Numbered from the stretch's first letter, positions 38,609-49,407 are shown. The stretch: DNA of 64,000 nt from Chitinophagales bacterium (GCA_046329575.1 JAXLUJ010000017.1:4891-68890); one strand, 5' to 3'. Numbers and translations are program-made. Notes: a model not told the origin generated them from the letters alone.

Positions 38609-41017
38609 CTATAAACGTGGAAGTTGGATGGATAGTACAGCCCTCGAAAATGGAAATTCAACCGTTTGAACATTTTTGCAAATCATATCGCCGGTGGCAG
38701 CCTTGTAGAAAGGATCGAAATTGGAAACCGGAGCAATAAAACAATAATCAGTTGATGCCACCTTCATTTTTTTTTCGGAAATTTCAATTGATTCTAACTT
38801 TTCGAAACCATGAAGCATCAATTTAACTGTTTCAAATTTTGAAGTGAACTGTCCTTCTACTGCTGAAAAAAGAATTCTGGCTGCTTCCGGTTCGAAGCGG
38901 ATGGTACGTTGGTAAAATTCCCCTTTCCCATAATTATAGGTTAGCCCATCGTCTTCATAATACATAAATTCTGAAGGCGTATTTCCGAAGTAAATATGAA
39001 GCTCTAAAACGCCATTGGTGTTTTCGCCTGTATGCTGAATACATTGTTGCATGGGCAATATAGCCGATGCTTTAACGAAAAGCGGATAGCGTTCTTTTCG
39101 AACTTCGGCAATTTGAATGCCTCCATTAATGTATTGATCGTTGTGGATATCATACCAGTAGCCTTTGGGCAAATACACTTTGGTTAGTTCGGGCGCACCT
39201 TCAAAAACCGGCACAAGAATATTTCCGCCAAAAAGATATTGGTTTTGGTATTTAGGATCATATACCCGACTTTCATGAGGGAAATCAACGGCCAGGGAAC
39301 GGACAACAGGCATACCGGTGTTGGCCGCCTCGTAGAAAAGCGAATAGATGTAGGGCAGTAGCCGGTAGCGCAGCGATATATAGTTTCTGGAAATTTCTTC
39401 CACCTCCTCACCAAAACTCCACGGCTCGGCATCTTTTGAGTTAATCATGCTGTGGCATCGAAACAGCGGTGAAAATGCACCCAGCACTATCCATTTGGCA
39501 AAAAGGGAAGGGGTAGCATCGCCGCAAAAACCGCCTACATCATAACCTGCGAAAGCCACACCGCTCAGGCCTAATGAATTTACTAAACGCACACCGCAAA
39601 TCAAGTTTTCATCACTTGCCACATTATCGCCAGTCCATGAAGCGGAATAGCGTTGAACACCCGAAAACCCGGCTCTGTTCAACAGAAATGGCCGTTTACC
39701 ATTCATTTGTTTTTTTGCCCCTTCATAGGTGCTTCTGGCCATTTGCATGCCATACACATTTCGGGCGCGCTTGTGTGTGGACGTTTCTCCATCATAATCA
39801 AACTCGATTATGTCAGGAGGCGACTGCCCCCACATCGCCGGTTCGTTCATATCGTTCCAAAATGCGTTAATACCTTTTGAAGTGTAGAACTGCATTTGAC
39901 CGGCCCACCACTGGCGCACCTCTTCACGGGTAAAATCTGGAAAATGACTTTTCCCTGGCCATACTTCACCCTCAAATGGTTGCCCATCCGGATATTTCAC
40001 AAAGTTATCGGCGCGCAAACCTTCATCATAAGGCTGGTAGCCGGGTTCAGTTTTAATTCCCGGGTCCAGAATTACCGCGGTATGAAAACCGGATTGCTGT
40101 AACTGCGCTACCATATTGGCCGGAACCGGAAAGCGTTCCTTATCGAAAGTGAAAACTTTGTATCCATCCATATAGTGGATATCGAGATAAATCATATCGC
40201 AGGGGATTCGCTTTTCACGAAAGGTACGAGCCACCTGAATTACTTCGGTATCGGGATAGTAAGAGTAGCGGCATTGTTGAAGGCCCAGACTCCATATTGG
40301 CGGCAATTCTATTTTTCCGGTAAGCCGCGTATAGTTCGAAATGATTGCTGCTACGTTCTCACCGCCAATGAAATAATAGTTCATTGCGCCATCGGCTGCG
40401 CCAAAAAAAGAGAACCGATCATTAGAAGCGCCAAAATTGAAATGGGTTTTGTAGGTATTGTCGAGAAAAATCCCATACTGCAATCCACTATGAATTCCGA
40501 TGTAAAATGGAATGCTCATATAAAGCGGATCCTGATCGGTGGCGTATGCGAATTTGTCAGTATTCCAATTCGTATAAGCGGTGCCTCTTCTGTCCAGATT
40601 GCCTGTTTTTTCTCCCAGACCAATAAAGCGTTCGTTGGGTTGAAGTTTTTTATAAGTGGTTACTTCTGTACCCATCCAGGAAGTGCCGAAGGCACTATCA
40701 TCTTCACATAAAACTTGACCGGCTTTGTTCAAAAACGAAAACCGCAACGGCGATTTTTGAATGCGCAGTTCAAGCGATTCGGTTTGAATGCTCATTTCGT
40801 GATTTGCATCCGTGAATTTCCATTCGCAACCATCGGCCTTGGCGTTTACAGCGTAAGAAAAGTCGCGTTCCACAACTTTGGAAACTTTGATCCTGATGAT
40901 GTTTCGATGATAAATTGAAATGGCTGCCAAGCCATTTGTAGCTGTTATTTCCAGCCCATTCTCTATATGTTGGAACGAAACAAAACTTCCCAACGATTCG
41001 TTGCGCGTAACCGGCAT
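38609..41017 (-). CDS. GH31 alpha-glucosidase
   Basis: GLGEK, LDIHYMDG, WNDMNEP nucleophile, WTGDN, GYDVGGF. Confidence 0.94.
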   Translation of the reverse strand: MPVTRNESLGSFVSFQHIENGLEITATNGLAAISIYHRNIIRIKVSKVVERDFSYAVNAKADGCEWKFTDANHEMSIQTESLELRIQKSPLRFSFLNKAGQVLCEDDSAFGTSWMGTEVTTYKKLQPNERFIGLGEKTGNLDRRGTAYTNWNTDKFAYATDQDPLYMSIPFYIGIHSGLQYGIFLDNTYKTHFNFGASNDRFSFFGAADGAMNYYFIGGENVAAIISNYTRLTGKIELPPIWSLGLQQCRYSYYPDTEVIQVARTFREKRIPCDMIYLDIHYMDGYKVFTFDKERFPVPANMVAQLQQSGFHTAVILDPGIKTEPGYQPYDEGLRADNFVKYPDGQPFEGEVWPGKSHFPDFTREEVRQWWAGQMQFYTSKGINAFWNDMNEPAMWGQSPPDIIEFDYDGETSTHKRARNVYGMQMARSTYEGAKKQMNGKRPFLLNRAGFSGVQRYSASWTGDNVASDENLICGVRLVNSLGLSGVAFAGYDVGGFCGDATPSLFAKWIVLGAFSPLFRCHSMINSKDAEPWSFGEEVEEISRNYISLRYRLLPYIYSLFYEAANTGMPVVRSLAVDFPHESRVYDPKYQNQYLFGGNILVPVFEGAPELTKVYLPKGYWYDIHNDQYINGGIQIAEVRKERYPLFVKASAILPMQQCIQHTGENTNGVLELHIYFGNTPSEFMYYEDDGLTYNYGKGEFYQRTIRFEPEAARILFSAVEGQFTSKFETVKLMLHGFEKLESIEISEKKMKVASTDYCFIAPVSNFDPFYKAATGDMICKNVQTVEFPFSRAVLSIQLPRL

Positions 41018-41034
41018 GCTATGTTGTTGAATGG

Positions 41035-43656
41035 TTAAGCCAATACTTTTTCCTCTTCTTCCTTGTACCGCATGATTTGATCCAGGGCATCCGGTATCAC
41101 ATCGCTGATGATGGTTATGAAAGACCCCTTTTCTGCGTTTTGCAAAGCAAAATCGATGGCTTCCTTTTCCGTCATAATCACGGTGATTTTTTTGTGAGGA
41201 TCCACTTCTTTAATGCCTTTAGTAATTAAGTCGATAATTTCCTGTTCGGTACGCCCGCGAAGATTTTTGTCTTGCCGGATGATAATTTCATCAAATACTT
41301 TCGCGGCTTCCATGCCCAGTGAAATGGTGTCCTCGTCTCGCCGGTCGCCCACGCCGGCAACAATGCCAATCTTTTTGGTGGCATCCTGTTTTTTTACAAA
41401 TTTCCCTACCGCATGCATGCCGTGGGTGTTGTGTGCATAATCAATTAGTACATTAAAGTTCTTGAACTGGAACAAATTCATTCTACCTGGAGTTTGTAAG
41501 GCAGATGGCACAAAGGTTTGAAGCGCTAGTTTAATATCTTCAATCTTGAAATTGCGGAGATAAGCTGCAAGAACTGCCGCCAGCGTATTGGCAATATTAA
41601 ACTCTGCCTTACCGCCAAAAGTAAGTGGAATATTAAGGGCCTTTTCAATTCGAATCTTCCAGCCGCCTTTCAAAATGGTTACATAACCGTTTTCATAAAT
41701 GCAGGCAATGCCGTGGGCGGCGCAATGTTCGGCTATACGCGGATTGTTTTCCTGCATGCTGAAGTACGCCACCTTACACGAAAGTTGTTCCTTCATTTTA
41801 TATACCAAATCGTCATCGGCGTTCAGTATGGCGTAACCTTCCGGCAAAACGGCGCGTGGTACCACAGCTTTTACACGCGCCAGTTGGTCAAGCGTATCAA
41901 TTCCTTGCAATCCCAAATGATCTTCAGCAATATTGGTTACTACGGCCATATCACAATTGTGGAAACCTAATCCTGCCCGCAGAATGCCGCCTCTGGCACA
42001 CTCTAGCACTGCGAAATCGACCGTAGGATCTTTCAAAACAAATTCGGCACTCACCGGCCCCGTACAATCGCCGCGCATCATCAGTTCGTTTTGGATGTAA
42101 ACGCCGTCGGTGGTGGTGTATCCTACTTTGTAACCAATCTGTTTCACAATATGCGCAAGCAAACGAGTGGTGGTAGTTTTTCCATTCGTTCCGCTTACGG
42201 CAATAATGGGAATGCGGGCGCTGCTGCCGGTTGGATAAAGCATGTCAATCACCGGCTCGGCCACATTTCTTCCGATACCATCAGTAGGGTCCAGGTGCAT
42301 GCGGAAACCGGGCGCTGCATTTACTTCCAGAATGGCACCGCCAATTTCGGCTATTGGTTCGGTAAGTGAATCGGCCATAATGTCGATACCGCAAATATCT
42401 AATCCAATAATTCGCGCAATTCGTTCAGCCATGAGTACATTTGAAGGGTGTACCAAATCGGTAACATCGGTGGCGGTGCCTCCAGTGCTAAGATTGGCCG
42501 TAGGTTTCAGCCATAGTTCTTCTCCTGATTTCAAGATGGTATCCAGCGTATATCCCTTCTTATCCAGCATGTTCATGGTTTGATCGTCGATCTTAATTGC
42601 GGTAAGCACTTTTTCATGCCCATAACCGCGCCGTGGGTCGCTGTTGGTAATATCAATAAGTTCGCGAACGGAATGCTTGCCATCGCCTTTTACCGCAGCC
42701 GGCGTTCGCAAAGCTGCAGCCACAAATTTGTAGTTGATCACCAAAACGCGATGGTCGAGCCCAGTGATATACTTTTCGCAAATTACAGCACGCGAATACT
42801 TTTTTGCCGCCAGCATTCCCGCCAATGCATCTTCCCAATTTCGAAGGTTGGTAGTAACCCCTTTGCCGTGATTGCCGTCTAACGGTTTAGTGATTACGGG
42901 AAAGCCGATCTTTTCAATGGCATTGCGCAAATCTTCTTCATCATAAATCACGCTTCCTTTGGGCACCGGAATTTCGGCGGCCTCTAACAGATTTTTGGTG
43001 TCTTCCTTGTCGCATGCAATTTCAACAGCAATTGAACTGGTGGTAGAAGCTATAGTTGCCTGAATTCGTTTTTGATTGATGCCATAGCCTAATTGCACTA
43101 ACGAGTTTTTGTTCAGCCGTATCCATGGTATTTTTCTTTTCGCAGCTTCCTCCACTATCGAACCGGTGGAAGGCCCTAAACGTTCATCCTCGCGAATCTC
43201 GCGGAGTTTCTGAATATCGGCTTCGGGCGAATAATCAGAACCCTCAGTGAGTGCTTCTGCAATGCGAACTGCCGCCTTTGCCGCATAAATTCCGGCCTTT
43301 TCTTCCCAATAACTGAATACAACGTTGTAAACACCTTTTACCGAAGTTTCCCGGGTTCTTCCAAAACCGCAGTCCATGCCAGCTAGCGTTTGAATTTCCA
43401 GCGCAATATGTTCGATTACATGGCCCATCCAGGTGCCACTTTTTACGCGTGAAAAAAAACCGCCATCACAGCCTTCGCTACAACGGTGGTAATACATGGT
43501 TGGGAACATTTTTTCAATCCGTTCTGAAAATCCGGGAATCGTATCGGTTGGCCGTTGTTCCATTTCGCCAAGGTCGAGGCGCATTACAATAAGTTTGTGC
43601 CGGTAATTGCTCCAATAATTGGGGCCTTTCATCACTTTAATATCCAGGATTTTCAT
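41035..43656 (-). CDS. cphA: Cyanophycin synthetase
   Basis: GPNYWS, GHVIEHIALE, LGPSTGSIV, ATP-grasp KPLDGNHGKG, Mur-ligase GTNGKTTT, DYAHN; 873 aa. Confidence 0.96.
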   Translation of the reverse strand: MKILDIKVMKGPNYWSNYRHKLIVMRLDLGEMEQRPTDTIPGFSERIEKMFPTMYYHRCSEGCDGGFFSRVKSGTWMGHVIEHIALEIQTLAGMDCGFGRTRETSVKGVYNVVFSYWEEKAGIYAAKAAVRIAEALTEGSDYSPEADIQKLREIREDERLGPSTGSIVEEAAKRKIPWIRLNKNSLVQLGYGINQKRIQATIASTTSSIAVEIACDKEDTKNLLEAAEIPVPKGSVIYDEEDLRNAIEKIGFPVITKPLDGNHGKGVTTNLRNWEDALAGMLAAKKYSRAVICEKYITGLDHRVLVINYKFVAAALRTPAAVKGDGKHSVRELIDITNSDPRRGYGHEKVLTAIKIDDQTMNMLDKKGYTLDTILKSGEELWLKPTANLSTGGTATDVTDLVHPSNVLMAERIARIIGLDICGIDIMADSLTEPIAEIGGAILEVNAAPGFRMHLDPTDGIGRNVAEPVIDMLYPTGSSARIPIIAVSGTNGKTTTTRLLAHIVKQIGYKVGYTTTDGVYIQNELMMRGDCTGPVSAEFVLKDPTVDFAVLECARGGILRAGLGFHNCDMAVVTNIAEDHLGLQGIDTLDQLARVKAVVPRAVLPEGYAILNADDDLVYKMKEQLSCKVAYFSMQENNPRIAEHCAAHGIACIYENGYVTILKGGWKIRIEKALNIPLTFGGKAEFNIANTLAAVLAAYLRNFKIEDIKLALQTFVPSALQTPGRMNLFQFKNFNVLIDYAHNTHGMHAVGKFVKKQDATKKIGIVAGVGDRRDEDTISLGMEAAKVFDEIIIRQDKNLRGRTEQEIIDLITKGIKEVDPHKKITVIMTEKEAIDFALQNAEKGSFITIISDVIPDALDQIMRYKEEEEKVLA

Positions 43657-43835
43657 GCGATTAGATTTGTGCGGAAGGTAATTTTTAATTCTGAATATCT
43701 AATAGCGGCGTGCTGTTCATTTCTATGATTTTCATTTCAGAAAACACAAATGGTTTTTATCAAAACCTGCGCTTTAAAAACTGGTTTTAAAAGGGAGAAG
43801 ATGAAAATAGAACGCGGAATGCCAGCTGAACGGTT

Positions 43836-44513
43836 TTAATTTTCTTTCCCAAACGTTTCAATGAAAATTTCAGAATAACGATTGCGAACCGCATTGAAAT
43901 CCATTATTCTGCCTAATTCCTGCTGCATTGAGGTGACCCCCATATTTTTGAGACCACAGGGAATGATATGATCAAAAAATGAAAGGTCGGTATTAATGTT
44001 GAGAGCTATACCGTGCATTGTACAATGCCGGCTTACGCGCAATCCAACAGCACAAATTTTCCGGGGTTGCCGTTCAATATCCAGCCAAACGCCTGAAGCC
44101 GTAGGAATACGTTTGCCTTGAAGTTCATATTCACTCAACAGTTTAATCACTATTTCTTCTAAAAGAAAAACGAATTCAGCGATACCGATTCCGAATTGAT
44201 CCAGATCAAAAATAGGATAGGCCACTAATTGTCCCGGCCCGTGAAAAGTAATGTCGCCACCGCGATTGATGGGCACAAAAGCTGCGCCTACCTTGGCTGG
44301 ATCAAATAACAGGTTTTCTTTCTTTCCTGATTTGCCTAGCGTATAAACGGGAAGATGCTCACACAAAATCAGCGTATTCTCAGTTTTGCCGCCAACGGCT
44401 TTGGCTTCCAGATTCTTCTGAAAAAGTTCTTCCTGGCGCGCGGCTACCTCCAAATAAGGTTCGGCTATTTGGCCAACAACGAATCTAATTTTGCCTCGAT
44501 CACCGGAATCCAT
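43836..44513 (-). CDS. lipB: Octanoyltransferase LipB
   Basis: CEHLPVYTLGK, RGGDITFHGPGQLV, KICAVG, HGIALN, IIPCG. Confidence 0.95.
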   Translation of the reverse strand: MDSGDRGKIRFVVGQIAEPYLEVAARQEELFQKNLEAKAVGGKTENTLILCEHLPVYTLGKSGKKENLLFDPAKVGAAFVPINRGGDITFHGPGQLVAYPIFDLDQFGIGIAEFVFLLEEIVIKLLSEYELQGKRIPTASGVWLDIERQPRKICAVGLRVSRHCTMHGIALNINTDLSFFDHIIPCGLKNMGVTSMQQELGRIMDFNAVRNRYSEIFIETFGKEN

Positions 44514-45301
44514 GAATAATATATTTTGTTGGAGTTCTTATGTTGCCAATACGCTTCCTTCGGGGCAGGGGAATCAATTCCCTTGCGTTTCATCATGCGA
44601 TTATAAAAACGAATAAGCTGATCATTCCAGGTTTGAACCGGAAGATCGAACTGATCGCGGCTAACCGGAATATCACCTTCCAGTTTGTCGAGATGATCCT
44701 TGTTCATTTTGGAAAAGAAATAAGACCACGATAAGTTGTAAAAAAACGGCAAGGGTTTGGTAAGCTGTCGCCCTTCGGCATCTTTCAACACTAACGCTTC
44801 TTCTACATCCACTGAACTCCCTTCAACTGTTTTGTTGATGTTGCGATAATTCCACTCATCAGCAGGAACGTTCGTCATCACGGCACCATAATCCATAAAG
44901 AAAAAAGTGTCGCTTCCGGTTTTAATTAAGGTATCGCTTCCGCTTAACAGATTTACCGCCAAAATGCTATCACGCGCAACTTTCGAAGAATTGGTATTCT
45001 TAATAAAATACAGCGGACAGAAATTCCAATTGCGGATTAATGCATGCATAATCCTTAAATTGATTACGGCTGTTTTTCGTTCTAATTCCTTCACCAGTTT
45101 CAAATTACCGGCATTGCGATAAGCATCAATCTGTTTTTGATTCGTACGCAAACGAACAATCACGCCGTATTTGCGCATGGCGCTCACATCACTGTAGCCC
45201 CGGATCCTGTCGGAACTCATGGAATCTACGTCAACCGGTTCAGGTTGGGCATTGCAGCAAAATGCTAGAAACAAGAATACGATCATCCATCCATTCCTCA
45301 T
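44465..45301 (-). CDS. Hypothetical exported protein
   Basis: 278-aa ORF with signal-peptide-like start, overlapping coaD by 4 nt and lipB by 49 nt. Confidence 0.7.
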   Translation of the reverse strand: MRNGWMIVFLFLAFCCNAQPEPVDVDSMSSDRIRGYSDVSAMRKYGVIVRLRTNQKQIDAYRNAGNLKLVKELERKTAVINLRIMHALIRNWNFCPLYFIKNTNSSKVARDSILAVNLLSGSDTLIKTGSDTFFFMDYGAVMTNVPADEWNYRNINKTVEGSSVDVEEALVLKDAEGRQLTKPLPFFYNLSWSYFFSKMNKDHLDKLEGDIPVSRDQFDLPVQTWNDQLIRFYNRMMKRKGIDSPAPKEAYWQHKNSNKIYYSWIPVIEAKLDSLLAK

Positions 45302-45762
45302 CGCAATTCCTTTACAATTTCTTTAGGTACAAATTTGTTCACCTTCCCATTTCCTCTTATGATTTCCCGTACAATGGTGCTGGAAATGCTGGATAGTTCC
45401 GGCTTCGATAAAATCAAAATTGTTTCCAAATCAGGAAGCATAGCATTGTTCAAATGGGCTATGGTTTTTTCATAATCAAAATCGGAGGCCGAACGAATGC
45501 CTCTGAGGATGTACCTGGCCTGTTGCTCCTTGCAAAATTTCACCGTAAGCCCTTCAAATGAGGCTACTCTTACTTTTTTTTCGCCATCAAATACTTTCTT
45601 AATCCACTTCAATCGCTGCTCTAAAGGATACAAACTCTGTTTTTGCGAATTCGCGCCAATTGCCACAATAATTTGATCGAAAAGGGGAAGCGCTCGCTTC
45701 ACAATATCCACGTGCCCAACCGTTATCGGATCGAATGAGCCCGGAAAAACTGCAATCTTCAT
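45298..45762 (-). CDS. coaD: Phosphopantetheine adenylyltransferase
   Basis: FPGSFDPITVGH, RGIR, DFDYE, ISSTIVRE. Confidence 0.97.
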   Translation of the reverse strand: MKIAVFPGSFDPITVGHVDIVKRALPLFDQIIVAIGANSQKQSLYPLEQRLKWIKKVFDGEKKVRVASFEGLTVKFCKEQQARYILRGIRSASDFDYEKTIAHLNNAMLPDLETILILSKPELSSISSTIVREIIRGNGKVNKFVPKEIVKELR

Positions 45763-45849
45763 ATGCGGAACTGACTTTGGTTACTTGCCACAAACATAAC
45801 GCTAATCAACATCATATCGTTTTAGTTTTGTCGGCTTTTTGTAAAAGTT

Positions 45850-45857
45850 TAGCTTTG
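45850..45857 (+). promoter_or_regulatory. Putative -7 promoter box (TAGCTTTG)
   Basis: TAnnTTTG immediately before the TTG start at 45863 (possibly leaderless). Confidence 0.5.
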
Positions 45858-45862
45858 CCGGG

Positions 45863-46228
45863 TTGAAAAAGGCCGTTGCCATATTACTTTTACCCATGTT
45901 GCTGCTGCAGCATTTTATGAGCATTGGTATGTGGTGCTATTACGAAGCCAATAAATCGTACTACATTCAGCAGCTTTGCGAAAATAAAAACAAGCCCGCC
46001 CTTCATTGCAATGGGAAATGTTATTTGGCCAAACAGATGAAGAAGGCAGAAGAAGGCAATCGTAAGGCATTTTCCTTTCTTAAAGGGGTTGAAGATGCCT
46101 TGCCGCTTCAACCTTTAGCGGTGCAAAAGCAGCACCATATTTCCCAAAAACATCCATTCCTTCCTTATCTTTTCGGTTCAGCCACTGCTGACCCTCTTGA
46201 TTTACTGAAGCCGCCCTGCAAAGCGTAA
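45863..46228 (+). CDS. Small Cys/His-motif protein (CENK..P..HCNGKCYL...PP)
   Basis: N-terminal TM, Cys cluster, C-terminal KPP; motif recognised from Bacteroidota small proteins preceding transporter genes. Confidence 0.75.
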   Translation: MKKAVAILLLPMLLLQHFMSIGMWCYYEANKSYYIQQLCENKNKPALHCNGKCYLAKQMKKAEEGNRKAFSFLKGVEDALPLQPLAVQKQHHISQKHPFLPYLFGSATADPLDLLKPPCKA

Positions 46229-46259
46229 TCGAACGCTTTTTTCAGTAAATTAATTCAAA

Positions 46260-47153
46260 ATGACACTAAAAATTTTGTGCAGTTGGTGGCTGTTGCTAGG
46301 CTTTTATGCAGCGCAGTCACAAAGTTGCTGTGCGATGGCCACTTGCGGCTCTTCGTCTATATTACCAGCCTGGAACCGACAACTGGCCGGCGTTCGGTAC
46401 AGCTTCCGGGAATTCCACATTCCCTATGAAAAGGAAGGTGATTATTCGGGTACGAAGTACACCGGCCGATACCAATTGCATACAACCGAATTGTTTGCCC
46501 GATTTAATTTGAGCGGCCGCCATTACCTGAGTGCGTCATTGCCTTATTCGGTGCTGCATTCGTCAGTTAAAGCGCAGCTTTCTAGCGGTATAGGCGATCC
46601 GGTATTGTTATATCAGTATCAATTGGTTCGGCCCAGGCGCAATAGCTTTCAAAAGTGGAGAAATGATCTGCGATTAGGCGCTGGTTTAAAGTTTCCATTA
46701 GGGAAGTTTGACCGTTCTAACGATCAGGCCATTCAGTTTGGCACGGGAAGTCTGGACTTTTTGTTCAATGCGTTTTATGCAGGGCGCGCTGAACATATCG
46801 GTTTGCTGCTTTCCGCTTCTTATAAGGCCAATACTTTTAATGCCGACAGAGTTAAACTGGGCAACAAGTTTCAGGCCGGGGCAAGTGTTTTTTACGAGTT
46901 CCGGATTGGAGCAGTTAAAATTTTGCCCGTAGCTGGTTGGTATTTCGAAAAGGTATTCTTCACAAAGGTTCAAAACAAATGGAAAACCTATACCGGTTCT
47001 CAAACCTTTTCTGCCGACGCTGGTTTCGATTTGGCATGGAAAAGAATAGCCTTTAGTTGCCGTTTCCAACCGGTAATTTACAACACCGTTAACCATTACA
47101 CCGTTCCTAAATCGGTATTCACCTTTGAAACAGGTATGTATTACACATTTTAA
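46260..47153 (+). CDS. Putative outer-membrane beta-barrel transporter with N-terminal CCxxxxC motif
   Basis: Signal peptide, SCCAMATCG, SGIGDP, GLKFPLG, QFGTGSLD, terminal YYTF. Confidence 0.7.
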   Translation: MTLKILCSWWLLLGFYAAQSQSCCAMATCGSSSILPAWNRQLAGVRYSFREFHIPYEKEGDYSGTKYTGRYQLHTTELFARFNLSGRHYLSASLPYSVLHSSVKAQLSSGIGDPVLLYQYQLVRPRRNSFQKWRNDLRLGAGLKFPLGKFDRSNDQAIQFGTGSLDFLFNAFYAGRAEHIGLLLSASYKANTFNADRVKLGNKFQAGASVFYEFRIGAVKILPVAGWYFEKVFFTKVQNKWKTYTGSQTFSADAGFDLAWKRIAFSCRFQPVIYNTVNHYTVPKSVFTFETGMYYTF

Positions 47154-47171
47154 AACAATAAAAAACAAACA

Positions 47172-47564
47172 ATGAAAAACAAAATGATTGCGGCCGCTGT
47201 AGCCGTTTTAGCCGGTGCTACAATTTTTTCTTCTTGCAAAAAAACAACCGATGAAGATAAAACTGCACCTACGCTTACTATTACGCATCCTGTGGCTAAC
47301 GATACGGTTAGCGCGTCCGGTTTCCACATCATGGCTACCATGGGCGATAATGATGACTTACACGAGGCTAGCGTTTCATTAACTTCGGGAACCGATACCT
47401 TCCTGATGGTAGCGCCCTATGTTCATGAACTGTCCACTTATACTTACGATACCATGATGATGGTTTCAGTAGCTGGCGTCCGTCAGGCAACTTTAAAAAT
47501 ACATGTTGAAGATCATCATGAAAATATGACCGATAAATCGGTATCGTTCTTCATAAAACCGTAA
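47172..47564 (+). CDS. His-containing lipoprotein (DUF4625-like Ig fold)
   Basis: Lipobox FSSC, DKTAPTLTI, several His (LHEA, VHEL, EDHH). Confidence 0.72.
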   Translation: MKNKMIAAAVAVLAGATIFSSCKKTTDEDKTAPTLTITHPVANDTVSASGFHIMATMGDNDDLHEASVSLTSGTDTFLMVAPYVHELSTYTYDTMMMVSVAGVRQATLKIHVEDHHENMTDKSVSFFIKP

Positions 47565-47574
47565 AAACAGTGAT

Positions 47575-47638
47575 AAGTTATTAGTTGAAAGTTATAAGTA
47601 GTAAACAGTTAGCTCTTATAACTTTCAACTGATAACTT
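47575..47638. terminator. 24-bp inverted repeat between convergent genes, built from degenerate heptamers
   Basis: AAGTTATTAGTTGAAAGTTATAAG / CTTATAACTTTCAACTGATAACTT, one mismatch. Confidence 0.7.
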
Positions 47639-47642
47639 CTAA

Positions 47643-48899
47643 CTATTTCATTAGAATTTGAATGGTATTTCGTGAGGACTGTCGCAACAGTATGTCCTTA
47701 CCTGCTGTGAGTTCTGCAACAATTTCGGGAGTATAATGCCGAATGGTGAGTAAGGTCAGTTGATCATTACTAGATATTCCAAAATCTTTCGACAGAATGG
47801 TTCGGATGCGTTCAATTTTTTCGTGTTTGAAATCTACCACTACCGAATAGCTGATGGCTGCATTCTGCATCAAATTCACCCGCAAATTATTCTCGCTGAA
47901 AACAGCAAAAATGGTACTGAGATGTTCTTCCGCTATGAAAGAAAAATCGCGTACTGAAAACGACAGCAACATCTGTTCGTTTTTCACAATGATTACCGGC
48001 GGAAGCGGGCCGTTGTTGGATTCGGCCGATATGACACTACCTTTTTTTTCGGGATGAACGAACGACCGTACTTCTAATGGAATGTTTTTATTCTGCAGCG
48101 GTTTAATCGTTTTCGGGTGAATGACGTTGGCGCCGTAGTAGGTCATTTCTATCGCCTCGTGATAGCTGATTTCGCTTAAAAAGACGGCCTTTGGAAACGC
48201 CTTCGGGTCGGCATTCATAATGCCTTCTACATCCTTCCAAACCGTCATTCGCGAAGCATTCAAACTAAATGACAGAATAGCCGCAGTATAATCAGAACCC
48301 TCACGCCCTAAAGTGGTGGTAAATCCTTCCTCACTGCTGCCAATAAAACCCTGAGTAATTACAAAGCCGGTTTTTAGCAATTCAGGAATTACCCGCTCCA
48401 CAGCATCAGGCGTACGTTCCCAGTTGATGCGTGCTTCGGTGTAAGCGTGGTCGGTAGCAATCACTTTTCGCGCATCCAACAGGTGGTTGTGGAGGCCGGT
48501 AGCATTACAATAGGCGCTCACAATGGCTGTAGAAAGAAATTCACCGGCAGAAACTACCTGATCATAAATGAATTGATAATGGGTAGAAGAGGTGTTGGTA
48601 AGAAAATCATTCGCCTTCGAAATAGGCGCATTCACTACCATCTCTATATCAGCCTGCGATGGGAACAACTCCTTCATGATGGCTTGATGCTTCATCCGTA
48701 TGGCTTCCAGCTTTTCCTTCCAAACACTATTGCCGGCTACAAATGCATTTACAACACCTTCCAGTTCATTGGTAGTTTTGCCCATGGCCGATATCACTAC
48801 CACTTTGTTTTCGGTGCCTTGTTGCTTTAAAATAGCAGCTACATTTTTGATAGCAGCCGCATCTTTTACCGAAGCTCCGCCAAATTTATACACTTCCAT
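47643..48899 (-). CDS. lysC: Aspartate kinase
   Basis: [38 protein letters not shown]; start MEVYKF at 48899. Confidence 0.94.
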   Translation of the reverse strand: MEVYKFGGASVKDAAAIKNVAAILKQQGTENKVVVISAMGKTTNELEGVVNAFVAGNSVWKEKLEAIRMKHQAIMKELFPSQADIEMVVNAPISKANDFLTNTSSTHYQFIYDQVVSAGEFLSTAIVSAYCNATGLHNHLLDARKVIATDHAYTEARINWERTPDAVERVIPELLKTGFVITQGFIGSSEEGFTTTLGREGSDYTAAILSFSLNASRMTVWKDVEGIMNADPKAFPKAVFLSEISYHEAIEMTYYGANVIHPKTIKPLQNKNIPLEVRSFVHPEKKGSVISAESNNGPLPPVIIVKNEQMLLSFSVRDFSFIAEEHLSTIFAVFSENNLRVNLMQNAAISYSVVVDFKHEKIERIRTILSKDFGISSNDQLTLLTIRHYTPEIVAELTAGKDILLRQSSRNTIQILMK

Positions 48900-49407
48900 C
48901 GCAGGTATTTCTTTCGTAAATAATGAAATCCATATCAAAACTATTTTTCTGGTCGCTAGCGTGAAAGGCTTTTGAAACCAGCCGCCATTCCACATCATTC
49001 AGTTCAGGTAAAAAAGTGTCGGCTTCAGGAAAGCGCGCGTGAACGCGCGTAAGACAAATCTTATTGCAGAAAGGAAACAGACATCGGTAGATTTCGCCGC
49101 CGCCTATTACCATTAATTCCTTTTCACCCAATTGCTCAGCCACTTTTATGGCGGCGGTAAGGTCGTTCACCACAATGGCGCCTTCTAGTGCGATTTGTTG
49201 GCGGGTAAGCACAATGTTGGTTCGCCCCGGAAGCGGCCGAAATTTTGGCGGTAGTGATTCATAGGTTTTTCTGCCCATGAGCACAGCATGGCCAAGCGTT
49301 GTTTCTTTGAAAAATTGCATATCGCGCGGCAAATGCCAAAGCAGATTTCCATTCGCCCCAATTTCATTGCCTTCACCGGCAGCAACCACAAAGGTGATGA
49401 TCATCAT
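48886..49407 (-). CDS. folA: Dihydrofolate reductase
   Basis: [35 protein letters not shown]. Confidence 0.95.
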   Translation of the reverse strand: MMIITFVVAAGEGNEIGANGNLLWHLPRDMQFFKETTLGHAVLMGRKTYESLPPKFRPLPGRTNIVLTRQQIALEGAIVVNDLTAAIKVAEQLGEKELMVIGGGEIYRCLFPFCNKICLTRVHARFPEADTFLPELNDVEWRLVSKAFHASDQKNSFDMDFIIYERNTCDGSV

